Source: a virus. Taken from it: a stretch of 64,000 nucleotides of DNA. Under the pieces are notes generated by a model, which was given only the letters and a program-made list of their open reading frames with translations, searched no databases and was not told where the DNA came from. Each line of letters begins with the position of its first letter. Position 1 is the first letter of the stretch. The DNA lies in the IMG/VR virus record IMGVR_UViG_3300032116_000016; one strand, given 5' to 3'. A program made the translations under genes and the position numbers. Below, piece after piece: positions 10,662 to 21,340 of the stretch.

Positions 10662-11006
10662 ATGGCAAATTTAGTAGAAATTCTTACAAAACGATATCCA
10701 AATACGATATGGACATGTGGTAATGATGATTACAACACATTAGCTTGGTATCCAGAAAACACAATACCAAAACCCACAGAATTGGAGCTTCGTGGATTGG
10801 ATGCGGAAGTATCATTAGAACTAAAGTGGGATGTGGTTCGTGCTGACCGAGATGAATTATTACAATCATCAGATTGGACGCAGTTATCTGACAGTCCGTT
10901 AGATGCTGGACAAAAAGCTGCGTGGGCATCTTATCGTCAAGAATTACGAAACGTTCCTCAACAACAAGTAGAACCTGAAAACATTATTTGGCCCACTCAA
11001 CCGTAA
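10662..11006 (+). CDS. Phage tail fibre assembly chaperone-like protein
   Basis: VRADRDELLQSSDWTQLSDSPL...WASYRQELRNVPQQ...IIWP is the typical signature of this family. Confidence 0.85.
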   Translation: MANLVEILTKRYPNTIWTCGNDDYNTLAWYPENTIPKPTELELRGLDAEVSLELKWDVVRADRDELLQSSDWTQLSDSPLDAGQKAAWASYRQELRNVPQQQVEPENIIWPTQP

Positions 11007-11019
11007 TATGAGGTAGTAG

Positions 11020-14000
11020 ATGGCCAGAATATATTCACAAGCTGCACAAACAGCAGCTTCAGGATCCCCTCTAACTGCATACAGTAGTCGTACTTCCGTA
11101 AGTGTTAGTGTTACGGCGGGTAAACGCTATGCGATATTCTGGTCAGCAATAATGAGTCATAGTGCGTTAACTTCTCGTGCGCGCGTTCGACTACAAAACG
11201 TTACTAATGGAGTAACATTACAGCAATTTGAATTTGAACCACAAGACTTAACGGACAGAATGAGTGCAGTGGATGTAAACGTATTTACTGCTTCATCTAC
11301 TACAACAATTGAATTTGCTATACAATGGAGTGCATCCGCCGGTACTGCTACCATTTCTGACGCGTATATTAATGTGTTAGAATTAGATGATGCTGACGTT
11401 TCTTCATATGATAGCACACAAATTGCTACAACAAATGCCGTAGCTACTCCAATAGATTCTATTAATATTCCTGCTGGCGAATGGTTTGTGTTTGGATCGT
11501 GTAACGTCAATACTCCACGAACGGCACAAGCAGCGGATGATATGGTTGTACAATTGTCTGACGGCACAAACACCTATATGGTACGAACACAGTATTATGC
11601 AAAAGATACATTAGGAATAACACCATATTTTGCAATCGTAACGGCTTCTCTTGGTGCAACAACAACGTTTTCACTAGAACATAGCTCACCAAACGGACAA
11701 AATATTGTCAATCAATATCGAACATTATTAGCATTAGACAGGTCTAAATTTGCAGAAACGTATGCCGCGGTCAGTGAATCTGCACAAATAGACTCTACAA
11801 GTGCCGGTGCACCAACCGCCATAATAACATATACGCCAACTATTGCAAACACAGGCAATCATTTAGTGGTGGGTACGTGGACGACAAAAATTAGCGCAAC
11901 TAACTCATCAGTCTTTTCTCACTTTGGTACTTCAACTACGGAACCTGGTCAATATACAGCAACCCGCCAACCACTCCGTGAAGCATCCGTTAATAATATT
12001 GACGAATTTGCACACGGATGGACGGACGTTGAATCATTAACTGCGGGGTCGATTACAAAAGTCATCGCATGGCGTCCAGAAGCAAACGTAAATGCGACAA
12101 TTTCTGATGCAGCCATTGTTATTATGGATTTGGATGGTGCCGTTGCTGCACCGAGTCCAACGCCAACTACAACACCAACACCAACACCAACACCGTCTAT
12201 TACTGTAACACCATCTATTACCACTACACCAAGTATAACTGTTACCCCTAGTATTACTACAACGCCTAGTATTACAACAACGCCTAGTATTACCACCACC
12301 CCAAGTATTACGCCATCTATTACGACCACACCGTCTATTACTACTACACCGAGTGTTACTACAACGCCGAGTATTACTAGAACTCCAAGTATTACCACTA
12401 CGCCTTCTATTACCACTACACCATCTATTACTGTAACACCGTCTATCACAACAACGCCGTCAATTACTATTACGCCAAGTATAACACCATCTATTACAGT
12501 CACACCATCTATTACCACAACGCCGAGTATTACTACCACGCCGAGTATTACGCCAAGTATTACTACAACACCGTCTATTACTACCACGCCTAGTATTACT
12601 ACTACCCCAAGTGTCACACCTTCCATTACCACAACACCAAGTATTACGACTACTCCGAGTATTACTACAACACCCAGCGTTACTAATACACCGTCTATTA
12701 CTAGAACTCCAAGTATTACTACTACGCCTTCTATTACCACTACTCCAAGTATTACGACTACCCCAAGTATTACTGTAACGCCATCTATTACTAGAACGCC
12801 ATCTATTACTACAACGCCTAGTATTACTACTACACCAAGTGTCACACCTTCCATTACCACTACACCATCTATTACCACTACACCATCTATTACTACAACC
12901 CCAAGTATTACTACTACCCCAAGTATTACTACTACCCCAAGTATTACTACTACCCCAAGTATCACCACAACACCAAGTATTACACCCAGTATTACTACTA
13001 CACCATCTATTACTACAACGCCAAGTATCACTACCACTCCTAGTGTCACGCCAAGTATTACCGTTACGCCATCTATTACCACTACACCAAGTATTACTAC
13101 TACTCCGTCAATTACAACTACTCCGAGTATTACCACAACACCGTCTATTACGGTAACGCCTTCTATTACCACTACGCCGTCAATTACCACTACTCCAAGT
13201 GTCACGCCATCTATTACCACCACGCCTAGTATTACTACTACACCTAGCGTCACGCCTAGTATTACTACTACGCCAAGCGTTACAACTACTCCAAGCGTTA
13301 CGCCATCAATAACCACTACGCCGAGTATTACTACTACACCATCTGTTACCACTACGCCGAGTATTACTACTACCCCAAGTATTACTACTACGCCGTCAAT
13401 TACTACCACACCAAGTATAACACCATCGGTTACAGTTACACCATCTATTACAGTCACACCATCTATTACAACAACACCATCGGTCACTGCTACGCCATCG
13501 GTTACCGTTACGCCTTCTATTACTGCTACGCCATCTGTTACTAGAACACCTAGCGTTACACCATCAATAACGGTAACACCAAGTATAACAACTACGCCAA
13601 GTATTACTACTACGCCAAGTATCACGCCAAGTATTACTACTACACCATCTGTTACTACTACGCCGTCTATTACTACTACTCCAAGTATTACGCCGTCGGT
13701 TACAATTACGCCAAGTATTACTACAACACCGAGTATCACACCTTCTATTACTACAACACCATCTGTTACGGCTACGCCAAGTATTACTACAACGCCATCT
13801 ATCACCACAACTCCAAGTGTAACAGTTACACCAAGTATTACAGCTTCACCTGGTGTATCTGTAACTCCATCAATAACTGTAACTCCATCAATAACCACAA
13901 CACCTTCTATTACACCAAGTATTACAGTAAGTCCTAGTATTACAGCAACCCCTAGTGTTACTGTAACTCCTTCGGCTACAACAACACCATCTATTACAAC

Positions 14001-16092
14001 AACGCCTTCTATTACCACTACGCCAAGTATTACTACTACCCCAAGTATTACTACTACGCCGTCAATTACTACCACACCAAGTATAACAACTACGCCATCT
14101 ATTACTACTACGCCTAGTATAACTGTTACCCCAAGTATTACTACTACGCCTAGTATTACCACAACGCCTTCTATTACCGCAACACCATCTATTACTGTTA
14201 CGCCAAGTATTACTACTACCCCAAGTATTACTACTACGCCGAGTATAACAACGACCCCAAGTGTCACACCTAGTATAACAACTACGCCAAGTATTACTAC
14301 TACGCCAAGTATCACACCAAGTATTACAACTACGCCAAGCGTTACAACTACGCCAAGTATTACAACTACGCCAAGTATTACTAGAACTCCAAGTATTACA
14401 ACTACGCCAAGCGTTACAACTACGCCAAGCGTTACAACTACGCCAAGCGTTACACCATCAATAACCACTACGCCATCTATTACCACTACCCCGAGTATTA
14501 CTACTACCCCAAGTATTACTACTACCCCAAGTATTACTACAACGCCAAGTATTACTAGAACGCCGTCTATTACTACTACACCAAGTGTTACTCCATCTGT
14601 TACTACAACGCCTAGTGTTACACCATCCATCACCAATACGCCATCTATTACCACCACACCAAGTGTTACACCAAGTGTTACTATTACGCCAAGTATTACT
14701 ACAACGCCTAGTGTTACACCATCCATCACCAATACGCCGTCTGTTACAACCACGCCTAGTATTACTACAACACCGTCTGTTACAACCACGCCTAGTATTA
14801 CTACAACACCGTCTATCACGGCAACGCCATCTATTACCACAACGCCAAGTATTACCACAACGCCAAGTATTACAACTACGCCAAGTATTACTAGAACGCC
14901 GAGTATCACTACAACACCAGGATCAACACCATCTGTTACCGTTACACCGAGTATCACTACCACGCCGTCTATTACCACTACACCTAGTGTCACTAGAACA
15001 CCTTCTATTACTACTACCCCAAGTATTACTACTACGCCGTCTATTACCACAACGCCAAGTATTACTAGAACGCCCAGTATCACGCCATCTATTACCACTA
15101 CGCCGTCTGTTACTTCTACACCCAGTATCACTACTACACCGTCTGTTACCAGAACACCATCAATCACAACTACGCCAAGTATTACGCCAAGTATTACTAC
15201 TACGCCGTCAATTACTACCACACCAAGTATTACTACTACGCCATCTATTACCACTACGCCGTCTATTACTACTACTCCAAGTATTACTAGAACGCCTAGT
15301 GTCACTAGAACGCCAAGTATCACGCCATCTATTACCACTACGCCGTCTATTACCACAACGCCAAGTATTACTAGAACGCCATCTATTACGACTACCCCAA
15401 GTATTACTAGAACAACAAGTGTTACACCTAGTATTACTACAACGCCTTCAATTACTACTACCCCAAGTATTACTACTACCCCAAGTATTACTACTACCCC
15501 AAGTATTACTAGAACGCCTTCTATCACAACTACACCAAGTATCACTAGAACATCAGGCGTTACACCTAGTGTTACTACAACTCCGTCTATTACACCATCA
15601 ATTACCGTCAGTATTACCCCATCAATAACTAAAACCCCATCGATAACACCGACTCGTAGTGTAACAAAAACACCAACGGTTACGCCAACTATTACACCGA
15701 CTCGTTCAACTACCCCTACAGTAACACCGAGTGTAACAATAACACCTTCTATAACTCCATCAATTACCCCGTCTGAAGTAAAAGTTAGTGATATAGCAAT
15801 TTATGGTATAGAATTACGTTATAAAGTTGGAATGGTGGAACATTCATACATTGGTGGTGTAAATCAATCTTTACCTGTAAAAGACCAAGGTAATATTTGG
15901 GTGTACGGAGAACAATTATTATACAGTGATTATAGTGGGGTGACAAGAGTAATTACTGGTGCTAGAGTACAAATAACCAATCGTAAAGCAGGTGAAATAT
16001 TTATCAAAAATGGACGTTTGTATTGGGTAATTGGTGATGATATTACAAATTATGAGTTCGCATTATCTAACGAATCTTCATTTAGTTATTAA
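11020..16092 (+). CDS. Mucin-like virion protein 1 (about 375-aa globular N-terminus, about 1,200-aa TPSITx array, about 100-aa C-terminal domain)
   Basis: 1690-aa ORF with a GAGGT RBS, located after the fibre chaperone. No signal peptide seen. Confidence 0.85.
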   Translation: MARIYSQAAQTAASGSPLTAYSSRTSVSVSVTAGKRYAIFWSAIMSHSALTSRARVRLQNVTNGVTLQQFEFEPQDLTDRMSAVDVNVFTASSTTTIEFAIQWSASAGTATISDAYINVLELDDADVSSYDSTQIATTNAVATPIDSINIPAGEWFVFGSCNVNTPRTAQAADDMVVQLSDGTNTYMVRTQYYAKDTLGITPYFAIVTASLGATTTFSLEHSSPNGQNIVNQYRTLLALDRSKFAETYAAVSESAQIDSTSAGAPTAIITYTPTIANTGNHLVVGTWTTKISATNSSVFSHFGTSTTEPGQYTATRQPLREASVNNIDEFAHGWTDVESLTAGSITKVIAWRPEANVNATISDAAIVIMDLDGAVAAPSPTPTTTPTPTPTPSITVTPSITTTPSITVTPSITTTPSITTTPSITTTPSITPSITTTPSITTTPSVTTTPSITRTPSITTTPSITTTPSITVTPSITTTPSITITPSITPSITVTPSITTTPSITTTPSITPSITTTPSITTTPSITTTPSVTPSITTTPSITTTPSITTTPSVTNTPSITRTPSITTTPSITTTPSITTTPSITVTPSITRTPSITTTPSITTTPSVTPSITTTPSITTTPSITTTPSITTTPSITTTPSITTTPSITTTPSITPSITTTPSITTTPSITTTPSVTPSITVTPSITTTPSITTTPSITTTPSITTTPSITVTPSITTTPSITTTPSVTPSITTTPSITTTPSVTPSITTTPSVTTTPSVTPSITTTPSITTTPSVTTTPSITTTPSITTTPSITTTPSITPSVTVTPSITVTPSITTTPSVTATPSVTVTPSITATPSVTRTPSVTPSITVTPSITTTPSITTTPSITPSITTTPSVTTTPSITTTPSITPSVTITPSITTTPSITPSITTTPSVTATPSITTTPSITTTPSVTVTPSITASPGVSVTPSITVTPSITTTPSITPSITVSPSITATPSVTVTPSATTTPSITTTPSITTTPSITTTPSITTTPSITTTPSITTTPSITTTPSITVTPSITTTPSITTTPSITATPSITVTPSITTTPSITTTPSITTTPSVTPSITTTPSITTTPSITPSITTTPSVTTTPSITTTPSITRTPSITTTPSVTTTPSVTTTPSVTPSITTTPSITTTPSITTTPSITTTPSITTTPSITRTPSITTTPSVTPSVTTTPSVTPSITNTPSITTTPSVTPSVTITPSITTTPSVTPSITNTPSVTTTPSITTTPSVTTTPSITTTPSITATPSITTTPSITTTPSITTTPSITRTPSITTTPGSTPSVTVTPSITTTPSITTTPSVTRTPSITTTPSITTTPSITTTPSITRTPSITPSITTTPSVTSTPSITTTPSVTRTPSITTTPSITPSITTTPSITTTPSITTTPSITTTPSITTTPSITRTPSVTRTPSITPSITTTPSITTTPSITRTPSITTTPSITRTTSVTPSITTTPSITTTPSITTTPSITTTPSITRTPSITTTPSITRTSGVTPSVTTTPSITPSITVSITPSITKTPSITPTRSVTKTPTVTPTITPTRSTTPTVTPSVTITPSITPSITPSEVKVSDIAIYGIELRYKVGMVEHSYIGGVNQSLPVKDQGNIWVYGEQLLYSDYSGVTRVITGARVQITNRKAGEIFIKNGRLYWVIGDDITNYEFALSNESSFSY
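12151..15774 (+). repeat. Coding tandem array (T-P-S-[I/V]-T-x)n with 4-aa TPSI variants
   Basis: Degenerate 18-nt and 12-nt units with synonymous variation. Short locally homogenised runs, e.g. ACTACTACCCCAAGTATT near 12900-12960. Confidence 0.95.
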
Positions 16093-16097
16093 AATTC

Positions 16098-16106
16098 ATA
16101 TTTATA
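16098..16106 (+). promoter_or_regulatory. ATATTTATA motif (candidate late promoter)
   Basis: About 27 nt upstream of GTG 16133. Confidence 0.6.
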
Positions 16107-16132
16107 TGAAATGTATAACGTGAGGTGTATTC

Positions 16133-16648
16133 GTGGCTGAGACAAGACTTTCTGGCGCATTAATAAGAACTGGAACGAATATCGGACCTGTGAACAAACT
16201 ATCAGTTGGAGATGTGACCACACCAAGTGGTTCTCTTCATGTTGGCGGTACGACAGTTCTACAACAAATATTAGAAAAAAATACTATTGCTGCGACTGCG
16301 GCAACGGGGACAATTAATTTTAATGTATTATCACAAGGGGTGTTGTATTATACAACCAACTCATCGGGTAATTGGACTCTAAACTTCACAGGTGACATTT
16401 CAACTACATTAAATAATATAATGTATATTGGGCAAAGTTTGAGTTTGGCGTTTTTAGTAACAAACGGTTCTCCCGCATTTTATGTCACATCTCATACAAT
16501 TGATGGTGCTTCTGTAACACCAAAATGGCAAGGTGGTGCTGTTCCCTCAGCGGGTAACACAAATTGTATTGATGTGTATTCGTATGTTATAATAAAAACA
16601 GCAAATGCTACATTTACTGTGTTAGCATCAGTAATACCTTTCGTTTAA
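16133..16648 (+). CDS. Conserved phage virion protein
   Basis: GTG start with GAGGTG RBS. ATGTINF...YYTTNSSGNWTLNF...TPKWQGG.VPSAGN...DVYSYVIIKT pattern is seen in uncultured-phage structural proteins. Confidence 0.65.
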   Translation: MAETRLSGALIRTGTNIGPVNKLSVGDVTTPSGSLHVGGTTVLQQILEKNTIAATAATGTINFNVLSQGVLYYTTNSSGNWTLNFTGDISTTLNNIMYIGQSLSLAFLVTNGSPAFYVTSHTIDGASVTPKWQGGAVPSAGNTNCIDVYSYVIIKTANATFTVLASVIPFV

Positions 16649-16657
16649 TAAGATTGT

Positions 16658-19600
16658 ATGACTCCGGTACTTGGTGCACGAGGTGGTGCTAGTGTTAGGT
16701 CGTTTGGTTTATTTGGGGCAATAACACCAACGCCTACGCCTTCAATTACTCGTACTCCATCGGTTACACCAAGTATTACTCCGTCGAGAAGCGTAACGCC
16801 TAGTATTACACCATCAATCACAATTACGCCAAGTATTACGCCTTCTATTACTAGAACGCCAAGTATTACTCCGTCAATAACAGTAACAACTACACCTAGT
16901 GTTACTAACACCCCTTCAATTACGATAACTCCGTCTATTACTGCTACTACTACGCCAAGTATTACAGTTACACCTTCTATTACTATTACACCATCTATTA
17001 CAACTACGCCAAGTATTACTAGAACGCCATCTATTACGACTACGCCATCAATTACTATCACCCCAAGTATTACTAGAACGCCTTCTATTACGACTACACC
17101 AAGCGTAACTAAAACGCCAAGTATTACTACTACGCCGTCTATTACCACTACGCCGTCTATTACCACTACGCCAAGTATTACGCCAAGTATTACTGTTACA
17201 CCATCTATTACTAAAACGCCAAGTATTACGCCAAGTATTACCATTACACCATCTATTACTAAAACACCTTCTATTACTACAACACCGAGTGTTACCAGAA
17301 CGCCATCTATTACGGTAACCCCAAGTATCACACCTTCTATTACTACAACGCCAAGCGTAACAACTACGCCAAGTGTTACACCATCTATTACCACTACACC
17401 GTCTATCACAACTACTCCAAGTATTACTACAACGCCGTCTATTACAACTACCCCTAGTGTTACCACGACGCCAAGCGTTACGCCATCTATTACTACCACT
17501 CCTAGTATTACCAGAACACCAAGTATTACTACCACGCCTTCTATTACTACAACACCAAGTGTTACCAAAACACCATCTATTACTACTACGCCAAGTATTA
17601 CTACCACGCCTTCTATTACGACTACACCATCTATTACTACTACGCCAAGTATTACTCCAAGTATTACACCGTCAATTACCACTACGCCGTCTATTACCAC
17701 TACGCCGTCTATTACCACTACGCCGTCTATTACCACAACACCGTCAGTTACAACTACTCCAAGTATTACAGTTACACCATCTATTACTAAAACGCCAAGT
17801 ATTACGCCAAGTATTACGTCTTCGCCGGGGATTAGTGTAACCCCAAGTATTACGGTAACACCGTCTATTACTACTACGCCTTCTATTACAAAAACACCGA
17901 GTGTTACGGTAACGCCTTCTATTACTACTACGCCGTCTATTACCACAACACCGAGTATTACTCCATCAATTACAACTACGCCTTCTATTACCACAACACC
18001 ATCTGTTACAAATACACCAAGTATCACTACAACACCATCAGTAACTACTACACCGTCTATCACCACCACGCCTAGTGTTACTACCACACCAAGTATTACT
18101 CCATCTATTACCACTACACCATCTATTACTACCACACCAAGTATTACCAAAACGCCTTCTATTACAACTACGCCTTCTATTACTACAACGCCAAGTATTA
18201 CCAAAACGCCTTCTATTACGACTACACCAAGTATTACGGTAACGCCGTCTATTACTACCACGCCATCAGTAACTACTACACCATCTATTACAACTACACC
18301 AAGTATTACGCCAAGTATTACGACAACGCCTTCTATTACTACTACACCATCTATTACAAGAACGCCAAGTATTACTACTACGCCTTCTATTACTAAAACG
18401 CCGAGTATTACGATAACGCCTTCTATTACAAGAACGCCTAGTGTTACGGTAACGCCTTCTATCACAACTACACCAAGCATTACACCATCCATTACGACTA
18501 CTCCATCTATTACCACCACACCAAGTATTACCACTACGCCTTCTATTACTACTACGCCCAGTATTACGCCGTCTATTACCACTACGCCGTCTATTACCAG
18601 AACGCCGTCTATTACGACTACGCCAAGTATTACGCCAAGTATTACGATAACGCCTTCTGTCACTACAACACCAAGTATTACTACAACGCCTTCTGTTACT
18701 ATTACGCCTAGTATTACACCATCTATTACCACTACGCCTTCTATTACTAGAACCCCGAGTATTACTACTACACCGTCTATTACTGTTACGCCAAGTATTA
18801 CTCCATCAATTACAACTACGCCATCTATTACTAAAACGCCAAGTATTACTACCACACCGTCTATTACAACCACACCTTCCGTAACTAGAACGCCAAGTAT
18901 TACCACTACGCCTTCTATTACCAGAACGCCGTCTATTACTACAACACCTAGCATTACACCTTCTATTACCATTACGCCAAGTATTACTACAACACCAAGT
19001 GTAACTCCGTCTATTACCACCACACCATCTATTACGACTACACCAAGTATTACTACAACACCGTCTATTACAACTACACCAAGTATTACTCCATCTATTA
19101 CAACTACACCAAGTATTACAAAAACGCCTTCTATTACTAGAACCCCAAGTATTACCACTACACCAAGTATTACAACAACGCCAAGTATTACTAAAACGCC
19201 GTCAATTACTACTACACCTTCTATCACTACAACGCCAAGTATTACTACAACGCCAAGTATTACTCCAAGTATTACTAAAACGCCTTCTATTACTACAACG
19301 CCAAGTATTACTACAACGCCGAGTATTACCGTAACGCCAAGTATTACTCCATCAATTACAACTACGCCATCTATTACTAAAACGCCAAGTATTACCGTTA
19401 CACCATCTGTTACCATCACACCATCTATTACTACTACTCCTAGTATTACCAGAACACCAAGTATTACGACAACGCCTTCTATTACTACAACGCCTTCTAT
19501 TACTACAACGCCGAGTATTACTCCAAGTATTACGGTAACGCCTTCTATTACTACAACGCCTTCTATTACGAAAACGCCGAGTGTTACTACAACGCCAAGT

Positions 19601-21307
19601 ATTACTACTACACCGTCTATTACTAGAACGCCAAGCGTAACAACTACGCCATCTATTACTACCACGCCTAGTATTACCAGAACACCAAGTATTACTCCTA
19701 GTATTACGCCGTCTATTACCACTACACCATCTATTACGACTACACCAAGTATTACCAGAACACCAAGTATTACGACAACGCCTTCTATTACTACAACACC
19801 ATCTATTACTACTACGCCAAGTATTACTAGAACGCCGTCTATTACGACTACACCATCTATTACTACTACGCCAAGTATTACTCCAAGTATTACCATCACG
19901 CCAAGTATTACCAAAACACCGTCTATTACCACTACGCCAAGCATTACTACAACGCCTTCTATTACAAGAACGCCAAGTATCACGCCAAGTATTACAACAA
20001 CGCCGTCTATTACTAGAACGCCAAGTATTACTACAACACCGTCTATTACTAGAACGCCGTCTATTACTAGAACGCCGAGTATTACCACTACGCCGTCTAT
20101 TACCAGAACACCGTCTATTACGCCTTCTAACACACCGGGAACAATGGTTATTGAACTTGCTAGTGGGTCAGCAAGTAGTAATACAACAACGGGAGCATCT
20201 ACAGGATCACATACATGGACCGTACAATCAAACGCTACAGCGTTAGTAGCACGTGTGGCTTCACAGGCAGAATTTCCAACATACGGTAAACCGACAGCAA
20301 TGTGGTGGTCTGGAAGTTGGGGAAGAACCGCATTAACAATGCAACAAGAATCAGCTAATATTGGTGATGGTATTGCTCTAACAATCTGGACATTATTCAG
20401 TCCAAATTCTGGCACAGGTGCATTAGAAATTGCGTATAACGGTACTATGTATTATCGTATGTATCATACTAATTATAAAAATGCTGTAGCCGTGTGGGAT
20501 AAAGATTTTACCAGTACAAACGGCACAAGTATGTTCGTTCCATTATACACAGATGCGGATAATAGTTCTTTAATGATTGGAATTGGTGTTGGAGTAAATG
20601 CATTCGGTTCACCAAGTACGTTGTCAGCGGCAGGAGGATCTACCTCGGAATGGACAACAACCAGTACGGCATTGACATATGATTTTGAAGTAAATATGTC
20701 CAAAAAATATGCATCAAGTACAGCTGGACAGTTAGATTGGACCCACAGCCAGACGTTAAATATTAAAGCAGCGGCAATTCAATTAGAAAATATTATACCA
20801 TCAGTAACACCGACTATTACACCGACACCGACGATAACTCCATCTAAAACAAGAACGCCATCGCCAGTGACGCCTTCGCCAACGCCGTCACCGACGCCAT
20901 CGCCAGTAACGCCGTCACCTGTAACGCCTTCACCTGTTACCCCATCACCAGTAACACCATCACCAGTAACGCCTTCGCCAACACCATCACCAACACCTTC
21001 GCCAGTAACACCATCACCGGTAACGCCTTCACCAACGCCGTCACCAACACCATCGCCAGTAACGCCTTCGCCAACACCATCACCAACACCTGCACCAGTA
21101 ACGCCTTCGCCAACACCAGCACCAACACCTGCACCAGTAACACCTGCACCAACACCCGCACCAGTAACACCATCACCGACATCTTCGTGTCAAGACGGCA
21201 CGTATGCGTGTATTGGAGTAAATCTATACTATTGTAATCTCGGAACTTATGAACTAGCATGTGTGGATTATGTAGACTGTGGTGGAAGTCAATTCCTTTG
21301 TACGTAA
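16658..21307 (+). CDS. Mucin-like virion protein 2 (short N-terminal anchor, about 1,140-aa TPSITx array, globular domain, TPSP repeats, 6-Cys tail)
   Basis: 1549-aa ORF beginning MTPVLGARGGASVRSFG. Globular domain at about 20140-20795. Confidence 0.85.
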   Translation: MTPVLGARGGASVRSFGLFGAITPTPTPSITRTPSVTPSITPSRSVTPSITPSITITPSITPSITRTPSITPSITVTTTPSVTNTPSITITPSITATTTPSITVTPSITITPSITTTPSITRTPSITTTPSITITPSITRTPSITTTPSVTKTPSITTTPSITTTPSITTTPSITPSITVTPSITKTPSITPSITITPSITKTPSITTTPSVTRTPSITVTPSITPSITTTPSVTTTPSVTPSITTTPSITTTPSITTTPSITTTPSVTTTPSVTPSITTTPSITRTPSITTTPSITTTPSVTKTPSITTTPSITTTPSITTTPSITTTPSITPSITPSITTTPSITTTPSITTTPSITTTPSVTTTPSITVTPSITKTPSITPSITSSPGISVTPSITVTPSITTTPSITKTPSVTVTPSITTTPSITTTPSITPSITTTPSITTTPSVTNTPSITTTPSVTTTPSITTTPSVTTTPSITPSITTTPSITTTPSITKTPSITTTPSITTTPSITKTPSITTTPSITVTPSITTTPSVTTTPSITTTPSITPSITTTPSITTTPSITRTPSITTTPSITKTPSITITPSITRTPSVTVTPSITTTPSITPSITTTPSITTTPSITTTPSITTTPSITPSITTTPSITRTPSITTTPSITPSITITPSVTTTPSITTTPSVTITPSITPSITTTPSITRTPSITTTPSITVTPSITPSITTTPSITKTPSITTTPSITTTPSVTRTPSITTTPSITRTPSITTTPSITPSITITPSITTTPSVTPSITTTPSITTTPSITTTPSITTTPSITPSITTTPSITKTPSITRTPSITTTPSITTTPSITKTPSITTTPSITTTPSITTTPSITPSITKTPSITTTPSITTTPSITVTPSITPSITTTPSITKTPSITVTPSVTITPSITTTPSITRTPSITTTPSITTTPSITTTPSITPSITVTPSITTTPSITKTPSVTTTPSITTTPSITRTPSVTTTPSITTTPSITRTPSITPSITPSITTTPSITTTPSITRTPSITTTPSITTTPSITTTPSITRTPSITTTPSITTTPSITPSITITPSITKTPSITTTPSITTTPSITRTPSITPSITTTPSITRTPSITTTPSITRTPSITRTPSITTTPSITRTPSITPSNTPGTMVIELASGSASSNTTTGASTGSHTWTVQSNATALVARVASQAEFPTYGKPTAMWWSGSWGRTALTMQQESANIGDGIALTIWTLFSPNSGTGALEIAYNGTMYYRMYHTNYKNAVAVWDKDFTSTNGTSMFVPLYTDADNSSLMIGIGVGVNAFGSPSTLSAAGGSTSEWTTTSTALTYDFEVNMSKKYASSTAGQLDWTHSQTLNIKAAAIQLENIIPSVTPTITPTPTITPSKTRTPSPVTPSPTPSPTPSPVTPSPVTPSPVTPSPVTPSPVTPSPTPSPTPSPVTPSPVTPSPTPSPTPSPVTPSPTPSPTPAPVTPSPTPAPTPAPVTPAPTPAPVTPSPTSSCQDGTYACIGVNLYYCNLGTYELACVDYVDCGGSQFLCT
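16724..20137 (+). repeat. Coding tandem array (TPSITx)n, x often T/R/K/V/I
   Basis: Same unit as in 11020..16092, but with frequent Lys at x. Confidence 0.95.
20798..21181 (+). repeat. Coding Pro-rich array (VTPSP / TPSP / TPAP)n
   Basis: Visible in the translation: SPVTPSPTPSPTPSPVTPSP...PAPVTPAP. Confidence 0.9.
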
Positions 21308-21340
21308 AAATAACGGTAACTTAAAATTTAGAGAATAAAT

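Noticed and set aside
12839-17840. Alternative-frame + strand ORFs rich in Leu/His/Gln (12839, 14585, 17373)
   Set aside because: They are shifted readings of the repeat array, with no RBS or independent signal.
11949-20415. Very long antisense ORFs (11949..15545, 1198 aa; 16645..20415, 1256 aa) encoding GVVVILG repeats
   Set aside because: In this register an antisense stop needs a sense codon starting TA (Tyr) or CA (His/Gln). The TPS arrays lack these residues, so the frame is open automatically. The same applies to 36220..36627 and similar ORFs.
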